A stretch of 64,000 bases of DNA from Cladosporium halotolerans (lineage: Eukaryota). The stretch is from assembly GCF_011745625.1 (NCBI RefSeq), contig NW_027191473.1, forward strand, positions 310,001 to 374,000. The letters run 5' to 3'. Below the pieces are notes generated by a model. It saw nothing but the letters and a program-made list of their open reading frames with translations, did not search any database and was not told the DNA's origin. Below, piece after piece: positions 11,464 through 22,480 of the stretch. Every line of letters starts with the position of its first letter. The first letter of the stretch is position 1. A program made the position numbers and the translations under genes.

Positions 11464-12521
11464 GCATATCCCACAATCACCATCATCATTACGACAAGCA
11501 AAGGAAGACGAAGGTTACGATAGACGATCATCTCGTGCGTTGAACGCATGTCAGGGAGGGAATAGCAAGCATGGATGCGGACGGGAGAGCACGGCGTGAG
11601 AGATCGCCATGCGGCTCCTGAGCTGCAACAGCAAGCCTGCTGTTGTTCATTGTCGCCTTTGAGAAATCTATGGCGCAATGAGCGTACGCTGCATGCATGG
11701 CTGGAAGTCTGATCATGGAATCAAGTAAGCAGAAAACCGAAAAAATGATAATGCAAACCCCCCACCCAGTCTCGTCTATCTTTCAAAGTGAACGCACCCA
11801 TGTCTTATATTTTATTGTCCAGACCACTCCAGACCACTCTCCTCGTACAGTGTCCCAAGATGAAGATGCTTCCGTCACTCTGGTTACCTCGCCTGGGTCG
11901 CTCCTTCCTTACCTTGCGCGCCGGGTGACTGCAGCCCACGCGCGTGCGCGCATAAACATCGCACTGAAGCTTCTCCAGCTTGACTTCACTCAACCACTCA
12001 TACGATGGTCGAGCGACCACATAGACAATCATTCAAGCCCACACGCACGCCACGCGAGTAGGGATTCTGAACCACGCTTAATTGATAATTGGTGACCGCC
12101 TGTCGGTAACGCGTCGTCGTTACCTGACTGCGCGTGAACCAACGACGGCCGTTTGCGAGTGAAGTCCACTTGCTGAAAGACTTAAATTCAGTGAGAGACA
12201 TACCTCAGCTGCACGTCTGAGAGTGAAGCGCTTGCCACTGCCACTGGCCGCTTTGCTTTGCTCTCACTGTCTTGCTTGCGCTTCAAGGGGGACCCTGCTG
12301 GCATTGTTCTTGGGCAACTTCGCGTCGGCCACGTTCACGTAAAACGCGACACCCACCTTACCTCAGCACAACTTCTCGCCTTCAACATCGTGACACCACA
12401 ACAACAGTACCGGTCATCGCGCTGCACCAACACCATCAAAACTCTTCAACGAACCTGCGAATACGCACTTCGCTTACCTCTCGCGTCACTCCACTCCCTT
12501 TCATCACAGTCCAGCGGTAGT

Positions 12522-14843
12522 ATGCAGGACTCACCCAATCACACTCTGTGGGCCACTCAACATCTCAAGCAGCGGCTGCCTGCTGAGATAGTTGAAACCA
12601 TCATGGATCACCTAGATCCTCTCAGAACGGGCTCGCGCAACCAGGCGGTGCGCCAGGCCAAAGCGACGCGCGATGACAAAGCGCAGATCGCATACATCCC
12701 TCCGATCGACGGCAAATGCTGGCTTGAAAGAATGCCCAACGAGGTCTTCAGAGGAATCTTCTCTGACTTCATGCCGCCGCGTGACGAAGTGATCGCTCCG
12801 ACTTGCAACGACCATCCGCGCGTCAAGTCCAGCAGCGACGAGAAGTCACCGAATCCGCGTGGCCAGCTCGTCGACCTGTTAACGCTCAGTAAGAAGATCC
12901 GCGATCAGCTCTCCGAGGTCATTTACGAGGAGCGCAGTTTCAGCATTCACATCCACCAAGGCATTCGCGACGCTGGCATCGAGTTCCTCCACGTGGGTCG
13001 CCAGCCCCTCCAGTACCTCGACAACCTAGATGACGTCCGTTTCGACAAGTTCCGCACCGGCGAAATGTTCGGATTCCAGCGTCTGCAGAAAATCCGAATC
13101 TTCATCTTCCCTAGCAATGAGACGTCTCGCAACACTGCTATCAACACATACTTCATGTCCCTCGCGCTCAGCAAGCTCCTTGCTCGTGACGGACAAGAGA
13201 AGAACCGCATCATTTCGATCGATATCAGTTTCATTGAGCCCGTGTCTAGCTCTCCTCATTCAAAATCCGGCAGAGCCGCCATCATGGCCGCCGAGAACTT
13301 GTGGTGGGATCCGGACAAGCAGCGCGCCCGCGAGACCAGCATCCACGGCATATCCGACCTCGAGCTCGCCCTCCGTCCCTTTGCCAACCTTTCCGCAGTC
13401 CACAACGTGGAAATCCTCCTCCCTTACAAGCTCCAGATGGATCCCGCCAGCGTTTCTTTCGCTTCCGCGCTCAAGCGCAGCATGGAGGCCCCGACTCCCG
13501 ATCCCAACTTCACCAGCGACGAGCTAGAGAGAAAGATCGAGAGCGCCCGCTACGGCCTCCAAGACTACATCAACAAGATGCTCTTTGGCGGCACCTGGGC
13601 TCCGGTCCCCAAGCTCACCGAAGCCGAGATCGACGCCGACAAGGCTGATGGTTCCGGCGACGTGGACCAAGACGGCACGACGACCGACCTCAAGCCCTCG
13701 CACTCCCTCTCACCGACCATCGACTCCGACTATCTTTCAAGAGGCAAACGCAAGCGCTTCGTCGACGTCGACGCCACCGAGCGCCCTGACATCCGCGACC
13801 ACGACTTCGACGCCGAGGACGAGTACGACGATTTCCTCTTCGGCGACGACGCCGAGATCACCGCCAACCCTCTCTCCGACAAAGTCGCGCAGTTCGCCGA
13901 CATGTTCCAGGTCTCGGGCGATATTGCCCGGCGCGTGCTGGATCGCGTCGATAACAATCTCGACCGCGCGGTGGAGAGCTTCATCACCGATCGCGAGAGG
14001 GTTATGAGTTTTGCCGAAAGGAGGGAGAAGACTTCTGAGAAACCGGAGAAGCCGCGTTCAAAGGAACCAAAGACGGAGGAGCCGATTACGTTGAGTGACG
14101 CTGAGGAGGAGGAGACAGAGGCGGACTATGAGACCTTTAATCGCACGCGCCCGTCCCCTGTGTGGCTTGACAAGCATCTGAAGACGACGTACGGGAGCGC
14201 ACCCGCCCCTGTGGCGCATTTACCGCGGACAGGATCCGATCGCGACAGGAGCAATGGCAACCAGGACGAGGCTCGCGCGGCGCTCAAGCAGGGGGAGACC
14301 ACTCGCCGCGCGACCCGTGCGTCGGCTAAGAGCATGCAGCATCATTCGGCTCTGCTGGGCGCGCGCGACGACTCTGCTTACTCGAGCGGCGCGGAGCAGG
14401 GCATGGCTTCCAGTCGCGGTCGTTGGAACTCAACCAAGTCGTTGGGGGCTCAGCCGAAGAGGAAGAAGAAGAGCGCGAAGACCTGGTATGAGAAAGAATA
14501 TCATGCCCGGAAACTCAGGGATTCGATCGATTCGAGTGGGTCTGGCGCTGATCCCACTGGCGTCGTGAGCGGTACCGACAATGTCTTGGGTTCTGGAGAT
14601 GATTCTCAGGACCAGCAGCCTGGTGGCCATGCATTGAATAAGCCTGTTTCGGAGATCGCTCGACCGTCGCCGAACCAGGTTCCTTCGCCTGGCGGGAACG
14701 CTCATCAGAGCAAGAAGAGACTTGATTCTCCGAACACTCACGGCAGCGGCTCTGGAAACAACAGCTTGAATGAGAACAACAACTCCGGCCCGACCGCTCT
14801 GCCACAGCACTGGATCTTAACTTCCTTCCAGCAGCCCGCCTAG
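12522..14843 (+). CDS. Hypothetical protein with F-box-like motifs, a globular core, a UBA-like helical motif and a disordered tail
   Basis: Long ORF, first ATG at 12522. RLPAEIVETIMDHL and LERMPNEVFRGIF resemble F-box starts. KVAQFADMFQVSGDIARRVLDRVDNNLDRAVESF resembles UBA-like domains. Confidence 0.75.
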   Translation: MQDSPNHTLWATQHLKQRLPAEIVETIMDHLDPLRTGSRNQAVRQAKATRDDKAQIAYIPPIDGKCWLERMPNEVFRGIFSDFMPPRDEVIAPTCNDHPRVKSSSDEKSPNPRGQLVDLLTLSKKIRDQLSEVIYEERSFSIHIHQGIRDAGIEFLHVGRQPLQYLDNLDDVRFDKFRTGEMFGFQRLQKIRIFIFPSNETSRNTAINTYFMSLALSKLLARDGQEKNRIISIDISFIEPVSSSPHSKSGRAAIMAAENLWWDPDKQRARETSIHGISDLELALRPFANLSAVHNVEILLPYKLQMDPASVSFASALKRSMEAPTPDPNFTSDELERKIESARYGLQDYINKMLFGGTWAPVPKLTEAEIDADKADGSGDVDQDGTTTDLKPSHSLSPTIDSDYLSRGKRKRFVDVDATERPDIRDHDFDAEDEYDDFLFGDDAEITANPLSDKVAQFADMFQVSGDIARRVLDRVDNNLDRAVESFITDRERVMSFAERREKTSEKPEKPRSKEPKTEEPITLSDAEEEETEADYETFNRTRPSPVWLDKHLKTTYGSAPAPVAHLPRTGSDRDRSNGNQDEARAALKQGETTRRATRASAKSMQHHSALLGARDDSAYSSGAEQGMASSRGRWNSTKSLGAQPKRKKKSAKTWYEKEYHARKLRDSIDSSGSGADPTGVVSGTDNVLGSGDDSQDQQPGGHALNKPVSEIARPSPNQVPSPGGNAHQSKKRLDSPNTHGSGSGNNSLNENNNSGPTALPQHWILTSFQQPA

Positions 14844-15898
14844 CCCCCGACCTGGTTCGGACACCCTCGCAACCGTCCTTCACAGTCAACACACGGCCCA
14901 CCTCCTCCGACTCTGCGCGGTTTCCGCGCGCCTCCGGCAATGTCGCCGCAGAACCCCGCCCCAACCGCATCCTCCTACATCATCACCTCCGACTCCGCCG
15001 CCGGAACCACGCCCCGCTTCCCGTTACCGCTCGCTTCGACGACTAACGCTGCGGATGGAGCAGACACGACGACTCTGACGCCGACGCTGCAGCGTTCGAA
15101 TCTTAGCGGTGGGTTGGAGAGCATGGCTGTGAGCGAGAAAGAGAGTCCGGAGGGCGGCGTGCTGGTTGGAGAGCGGGAGGGGGTTGGGGAGGGGTTTTGG
15201 GGGAGGGGGGATGTTTGATGAGCGGGTGGCTTCGTTTGAAGACGACGATGGGATGAGGTGGGAGGAGGGTGGGATGTGCAGCTTTGCTTGCTGCTTCGTC
15301 ACGGGATGAACATGAGGATGAGTAAACATGAGGGTGGAGTTTGTTTGCGATGATGGGAGTACGGGGTATGATGGGTGGAGGATGGTTGGTTCCAATCTGG
15401 CGGCATTGAGGGAGTCGAGGCATTGGAACGGGTGGCTATCGGGGAAATGTGGGTTTTGGTTTTCTTTGATGATTGGTGGGGTTGATGGATTGTTTTTCTG
15501 AATGGGTTTCTTCTTAACTGTCGTCATTGGAGGGTTAATGTGGATTGGTCGAGTTGACTGAATGAGCGGCAAAGAAATGAGAAGCGAATTGAATGAATGC
15601 AGAATGGAAAATGAAACTTTATTGAATGAGCACTACCAGTACTACTCCATTGGACGAGCTATCGAGTGAATCGATCAATTTGCATCTGCACAGTTCGTGT
15701 TCAGCGAGAACTCGGGAGGTTGGCCTAGGCGTCTTGCCAACGTGCTTCGCTCGCGTCGATCACAGCTCGCACGAACTGGGAATACAGTACGCGTGGTCTG
15801 GGTGCGAGATCGTCGTCGATAGGCAGCTGACTAGAGCTTGTAAGCATACAACAGCCTCGAGGCGTGTTCAGACGCGGGTGAGGTTGGACCGGTCTCCT

Positions 15899-16876
15899 TC
15901 AAAACATGAAGTCGCGTGAAAAATCCTCGTAAATGAAGTAAAGCCGAACATCGAGAAACGAACTCCCAAAGCCTCCTTGACAGATGTCTGGCCAGTCAGG
16001 TGCCAAAGAATAGTCCTTGGAGGGCGGCTCGCGGTAAGTGCCGTCTTTTACCTGCTGGCGCTTGATCCGGCGGCGCGCGGCGCGATTGTGTGTAAGTCCA
16101 GACTCGTCTCGCGGCTGTTCGTCGTCGAACTCTCGGCGAAGCTTGTTCAGAAACGAGTTGATCCATTCCATGTATCCCCTTAGTAGCATCTTGAGGTAAT
16201 CTCGTCTCGATCCGGCCGGCCACAGAGCGGCTGCCCAGCCTTTTACGGTTTTCATAGTGCGTTGTGCATAGTACTTCAGCTCCCCGAACTCTCTCTGGAT
16301 AAACTTGTGCAGCTTCACATTGAGCTCGTGGCGAGCAGCTGCTTCATCAAGCTCCTCGTGCTCATACGTGACTTCCGAGTTCCAGACGCCGCACAACTTA
16401 TATAAATGCAGTTTGATGTGCGAGCGGGCTGCGTTCTCCGAACATCCAAGGTTCAGAAAAAGCACGACCTGGAGATGCTCGATGCATCCGAACTCCTCGT
16501 CGCTGACGCCGCAGATGTCGTGTAGTTTTATGTTGTTGAGATTGTCGCGAGCGATGTTGATCTCGAGCTTGAAGTCATTGAGCATCTTCCAGCTGCGCTT
16601 ACCATTCCAAAGAATTCTGTAGTCTTTCATCAAGAAGTTGTCGTACGCCTTGCGCTGCATTGCTGTGGACTCTTGATGGACGCGTCGGCATGTGAGAGGA
16701 AGGCTTCTGGAAGGTAGAGCTTCTGAGCGGATGTTGATTGTTCCGTCGTGATCGGGAGTGGCGAGGAAAGCGTACTCGTAAATCGCGGTCCGAATCTCAG
16801 CCGGGACTTTGAATAGCGGGCTCTGTAGCTGCGAATGCATTGGGCGTGAGTTCGTTGTTTGCTTGGAGATCTGCAT
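15899..16876 (-). CDS. Hypothetical protein with an N-terminal F-box-like motif
   Basis: QLQSPLFKVPAEIRTAIYEYAF followed by LPLTCRRVHQES, typical of expanded Pezizomycotina F-box-like families. First ATG at 16876. Confidence 0.75.
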   Translation of the reverse strand: MQISKQTTNSRPMHSQLQSPLFKVPAEIRTAIYEYAFLATPDHDGTINIRSEALPSRSLPLTCRRVHQESTAMQRKAYDNFLMKDYRILWNGKRSWKMLNDFKLEINIARDNLNNIKLHDICGVSDEEFGCIEHLQVVLFLNLGCSENAARSHIKLHLYKLCGVWNSEVTYEHEELDEAAARHELNVKLHKFIQREFGELKYYAQRTMKTVKGWAAALWPAGSRRDYLKMLLRGYMEWINSFLNKLRREFDDEQPRDESGLTHNRAARRRIKRQQVKDGTYREPPSKDYSLAPDWPDICQGGFGSSFLDVRLYFIYEDFSRDFMF

Positions 16877-18023
16877 TGCTAAAGACTGAGTCAGCCATTG
16901 ATACTGTTCGTTTCGCTCCGCGTTGCTGCTTACTTGCAATGCCGTAATCGCAACGCTGCGGATGAGGCTGCGCTTGTCGAGTAAGTTTGTCGCGGCGCCG
17001 GAAGATTTCACTTTTGAATATGAAGTGTTTGAGAGGGATTGAGTCGTTTGTGTCTGAGTTAAGCTTGCAGAGGAGAGTTTTGACCCAAGTTAGTGAAGCC
17101 GTGAATTGTTGCCGACCTGTGGCGATTGAACTTCTGTGACGAGGCGGATTTGTAGGCGAGCATGAGTGAAGAGATCAGTGCTGCAGCCGTAGAGCCAACG
17201 TTACAGTGCCATCACACGCTCAGCTAATTGCGCGCTCAGTCTGCCGTCAAAGCGCTAGCGTACATGTGATTCGTCATTCATGTGAAAGACTCTGCAGCGA
17301 ATCGCGAGGAATCAAGTCACCTTGACCAGGTTTTATATCTCTTCACCACATCAGCTTCATGCGAGATCTCAATGTAGGTACGGTCTAGGAGTGACATTCT
17401 CTGTCATCGAATCGTTGCCAGCCAGCGATTCGTGATTGATGTCTTTCAATGGTGTTAGTCCATCTCGGCAAATGGAAGTTGAGGGCGGCACTACCAAGGG
17501 CAAAATGCCTCCTTGATTCAGCGACATGCATGTTGTACGCATCGGTATGTCAGCAGGAGGCTCATAGGAAGTCTTGCGTTTGCTTCCAGCGAAACGATTC
17601 TGACGAAGCTTGATTCTCGGCGAGAATACAAGCTTGCGGATTGAAATTCGCAAGGCCGGTGGGAACTTTGGGAGCAAAAGTTCTCTCTGCATATGGACTG
17701 GTTTTCATGGGTCTCCTGACATGAGTACTGCATCGCTATGCTCAGTGGAAATGAGCTTTGATCTCAATTCGATTTTCGTCATTGGCTCTTATTTGACGAT
17801 GGAGCAGTGCTTCGCAATGGCACAGGAGGTCGAGTCTTTGTGCTATGCATTCTGCGGATGCGAGCTGTGAAACCCTGTCTGTCCACCTTGGTCGCGGGCC
17901 AGGCAAGGCCGGAGCATTGTTAAATCCTTCGTTGAGATGTTTTGATGCCAGACGATAGATTTGTAGTCATACATTGGTCATCTTGTGGAGCATAACATCT
18001 CCGACGTCTTCTCATCAGCAAGG

Positions 18024-18912
18024 TCAGTCCACCCTTCGAACTCCAACCACCCGGTGCAGTCGCTCTTCGATTTCATCGACTGAATCTTCCACTCGTGAAA
18101 TGGTTCCAACAAGGTCGTTCATTATCAACGCCATGCCGCCGGCCTGCCGGGAGGTGCGTCTAGTTTGCATTCGGCTGAGCTGCTCAAACAGCCGCTGTGC
18201 CTTGCCTTTCCTCCGCAGCCATCGAAACCGGCAAACGAGAGAAAAGTTCCGATACTTCACTCTCTGCGGCCAGAACATATTGTCATCTCCATCGTCGTTC
18301 GCACTCCGCGCCCTTTTCTCGTATGAAGGAGAGTTGTAGGCTTCGTGTGTGTAGTATGGGCTGGAAGATTCGCCTCGTCTACGAGGCCTCCGGTCATTGG
18401 CCTGCTTGATGCCTGTCTCACCTGGCCTCAGGAACGGCTCCTCAAGTTCCTGGAATTGCTTGATCATGTGTCGAACTGCATCGGTCATGGTCTTGATGGT
18501 TGCTTCATCTAGCATTGTGTCGATGTAATCCTCGACTTGTCTACTGTGGCGAGCATCTCGGTCTTTCCGCCTCGACTTGCTGTTCTTCTTAAGGAACCTC
18601 AGACTAGTTCGCTCTTCCAGTAGTTCTTGCCGTAGATTGGTAAGATAACTAGAGAAATCAGCCAGAATGCCGCAAGAGCACGTGTGAGGGGGAGACGGTA
18701 CGTATGGACTTCGTGCTGTGCCTCTGTAAGGGTCGCAAAATTCTCCGAAACCACTTTGATGAAGGTGCCTAGTGTGAAAGCAAAAGACACCATGCCAATA
18801 ATCCCTCGATTACGTTCAGTCGGAGATCTTCATACATCGTGCTTCGAACAAACATACCGCTGACCAGGAAGAACGGCGACGTTGGCGTCGGGCTACTGAC
18901 CACTATGCCCAT
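18024..18912 (-). CDS. Hypothetical protein with an N-terminal hydrophobic segment and coiled coils, 3 exons
   Basis: Spliced model MGIVVSSPTPTSPFFLVSG-IIGMVSFAFTLGTFIKVVSENFATLTEAQHEVHT-YLTNLRQELLEERTSL... joins ORF 18024-18515. First intron has a GTATGT donor. Confidence 0.7.
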
Positions 18913-20298
18913 CGGGTTTGTTGAGCAACCCTTCGCTGACTTCTCAGACCAATAAGTAAACGCTCTGGCGTGGGCAGTTATCCAGTATCGAAGAGACAAA
19001 CAGTGGCCCCATGTTTACATGCTAGCTCGCCTGAGCCGTCTCTGCGGAGGTCATCAACAGTCTACGAAGTCGACCCGCCGATTTGCCGAGGCCTCGGAGC
19101 TCTCTCCTTGAATCTCGCGCATGCTCACTCAGCAGCGTGGTGCGATCTTAGTAACATGGCAGAGAGTATGAATTCAAGATAGCAACGATGAGTCTTCCTG
19201 ACCTTGAACGAAGATCATCCGTCTTTTTGGTGTCAACAATGTGAGCCCTCGAAGCGCATTTCTCCACTCGTAGGTTGATGGCCGGGCGCGAATTGTCCAG
19301 GCGATGAGGCGCAGTCGCTTCCTAGATTGCTTCGTATATGATATGAAGCGAAATTTCACTGTCTCCACGAATGCGCGCAATTAGGACCGGGCTGTTCCTC
19401 AGAGCTGGTAGCCGTATTCGCAGACGAGCGTGGAGTCCGGTTCGCCCGGCATTTGCTGCGATTGCTAGGAGGTGGTCGCACATTGCCGTTGCTGCCGGGC
19501 GTGTCTGGGTTCCCAGCCCGATCTGCATCAAGTCAAACAAGGTATGCGACTCTGATACAGAAATTATCTGGGGACGTCTGGAGTCGTTACGCAGCATTCA
19601 TCCGTCCGATCCGCGGAGTTTGGATGCCGCCTGACTGTTCTCTTTTCCCATCCCATTAGGTTCAGGGCTGTCGTTTCAAATTGGCCAAGCGAACTTGCTG
19701 CCATCTCCGACTGGCTTGCCCTAACACGCCAACTTTCATCCTACGGTCTCCATTCCATCTAATTGTTATTCGCAGAGTGAATTGATCGGGTAGGTGTAGA
19801 ATTCATCGAGAAAGCCAAGACGATTGGCACTTGCCTTGCTGCAAGGATTGTGTTGCTACCAGGAGTCTGGAAGCTCCCAGGCCGGCTAAGTTCAAAAATC
19901 GTTCAATCTGTAACACCGCCAGCTTCTCAGACCCTCCACAACTCGTCATTCCGAGAGCAAGGCGGCACGTCAAAGCCCACGTTCCATGAGATCTGGACCG
20001 GCTTAGGCGGATTCCGCATCGCTCATTTCACGATCCCAGGCACGTGGAGAAACAAGCTTCCCTGCTTGTATAGATTAGATGAACAACAAGGAACGGAAGC
20101 ATCGGATCACCATGCGATGGCCCCCGCCTGTAACATTGGCTTCGATCTAGTGCGATATGCTGTCCTGGGGTCACGCATCTCAAGTACAAATATCAGTCTG
20201 GACTCACTCAGCCTTAATTCTTTTTTCTCCTCACCCAGAAAGCTTACTTCTCCAAACCTCAGAGCCCTAGAATTCTAGAAGCCTTCGAAATATTTACA

Positions 20299-21422
20299 AT
20301 GTCTTCCTCGCTCAAGAACATTGCGCTCCTTGCGCTGGCCACTGGCCTCGTCTCTGTCAGCAGCGCGGCTACCTCTGGATCCGGCAAGACCACTCGCTAC
20401 TGGTATGCAATCCAACCATGACTACATGCAAACGCATGTTAACACTGTTGAAGGGACTGCTGCAAGGGTTCCTGCTCGTGGCCCGGCAAGGCTGATGTTT
20501 CAAACCCCGTGGCCATCTGCGACAAGAACGACTCTCCGCTCTCAGACTTCAACACCGCCTCTGCTTGCAATGGCGGCGACGCTCACATGTGCTCTGACCA
20601 GAGCCCTTGGGTCGTGAATGACAACCTCGCTTACGGCTTCGCTGCCGTTTCCGCTGGCCTCTCTGAGTCTGAGACCTGCTGCTCTTGCTTCGAGTTAGTA
20701 TCGACCTGAATCAGACTCATGACCCATGGCTGACTTTCAAACAGGCTCACTTTCACCTCCACCGCCATTTCCGGCAAGAAGATGATCGTCCAGGCCACCA
20801 ACACTGGCTCTGACGTTGGTGAGGGCCAGTTTGACCTCGCCATCCCTGGTGGTGGTGTCGGTATCTACAACGCCTGCACTGCTGAGTGGGGAGCGCCCTC
20901 TTCCGGCTGGGGTGCCCAGTACGGCGGTATCAGCAGCAACACTTGCAACGAGCTGCCCTCTGCTCTTCAGCCCGGCTGCGAGTTCCGCTTCGGCGACTGG
21001 TTCCAGGGCGCCGACAACCCTACCGTCGACTACAAGGAGGTCACCTGCCCGAAGGCGATCACCGACAAGACCGGCTGCGTCCGCTCTGGCCAGACTCCGT
21101 CTGTAAGGTCGTAACGTCATTTTTCAACTCGGTTGACCTCGCTAACACCTTTTGCAGTGAGGCTGACGCCGCTCCGTCTTCTGCGGCCTCGTCCGCTGCG
21201 GCCACCTCTTCGAAGGCTTCCTCGGCTGCTTCCTCGGCCCAGTACTCTGCCCCTGCCTCGTCGGCTGAGTCTGCCTCTTCGGCGCCGGCTTCCTCTCAGG
21301 CCTATGTCTCCAGTGCGGCGACCGGCGAGACCGCTGCTCCTACTGCTCAGTCCTCCGCTGCTGCCCCTAGCCAAGCCTCTGACGACAACGAGGAGTGCGA
21401 GGTGCAGTACGTGTACAACTGA
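20299..21422 (+). CDS. Secreted GH45 endo-beta-1,4-glucanase, 4 exons, no CBM1
   Basis: Signal peptide; GKTTRYW/DCCKGSC (catalytic motif split by intron 1); KMIVQATNTGSD; QFDLAIPGGGVG; WGAQYGG; WFQGADNP. Ser/Ala linker follows. Confidence 0.95.
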
Positions 21423-21675
21423 GCTTTTGTCACTCGTTTCTGTACAACTTGCGGCTGTCTTTGGGAAATTTCAGACTTAAATGTAAAAAGACGAACATAG
21501 AGACGCACGAAACACAGTACCTTACCTTTGATAGATAGCAAGGAATCAAAAAGGGAAAACAAAGCATCGAGAATCGTGTTCATCTTTCATTTCATTTCGT
21601 TTTCATTTCAGCTTCCTTGAGCTTACCATACGCATACTCTGGGCTCATGGCTTGCTACCCTCAAGCAGCTCGCAC

Positions 21676-22152
21676 TTAGTAGGTCTGGTGCTTCTTGACC
21701 TTCTCCCAGAGCTCGGCGTCCTGCTCGACGCGGACCTGCTCGGAGGTGTCGAGCTCGTTGAGGCGGCGGAGGTCCATGTCCTTGGCGAGAAGAGGGACGA
21801 CGTACTTGTCGAAAGTCTGCCAGTACGGGTTCTCGAGGTGGTACCTTAGCGAGATTTTGTCAGCATGGGAGCTCTGCTTGCAGGTGTGGGAAGGGCTCAC
21901 TTCTGGCTGGACTCGTTCTCGTAGCGCTCGACGATGGTGAAGGCGCGCGGGTCCTTGTGGTCCTGCATCACAAACCTGGCATTCTTGTTCAGCGCTCATT
22001 CTAGATCGTTTTGGGGGAGATGAGTCTCACCAGCCAAGAGTCTCCTTGTCGTTGCTGTAGACCTGGCTAGCTTCCTGGAGCTTCGCCACGAGCTTGCGGA
22101 TGCTCTCGGCATCCTCCTTGGCGTAGAGATGAACGACGAGGGTGTAGACCAT
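21676..22152 (-). CDS. Small dimeric alpha-beta barrel (ABM, antibiotic biosynthesis monooxygenase-like) protein, 3 exons
   Basis: Spliced MVYTLVVHLYAKEDAESIRKLVAKLQEASQVYSNDKETLGW-FVMQDHKDPRAFTIVERYENESSQK-YHLENPYWQTFDKYVVPLL. CAAAATG start. Confidence 0.85.
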
Positions 22153-22480
22153 TTTGGCGGTATTTGTAGGTGGTGTACTCAGGTTTTGTGTCTGAGATTG
22201 TATTACTGTTGCGTTTGTTGCTGGAGATGCTGCCGACAGACGTCACGAGAATAGAGTTTGGACAAGCTGTTGCGTTGTTTGACCGCAGTAGCGCCGCCTT
22301 GGATTTCGACCTGCGTCACCGATCATGAATCGATTTTCACGCAGAATTGTGGAACTTCTGACAGACACGGACGGTGTGGATGTTGGTTGAGCTGTATTAC
22401 TTTATATATCTAAGAGCTGGGGAAAACGCAACGCTCGCGTACAGCGAGAGAAAGCTGCTTGCCGGGGAGCGAAGGGTTCC

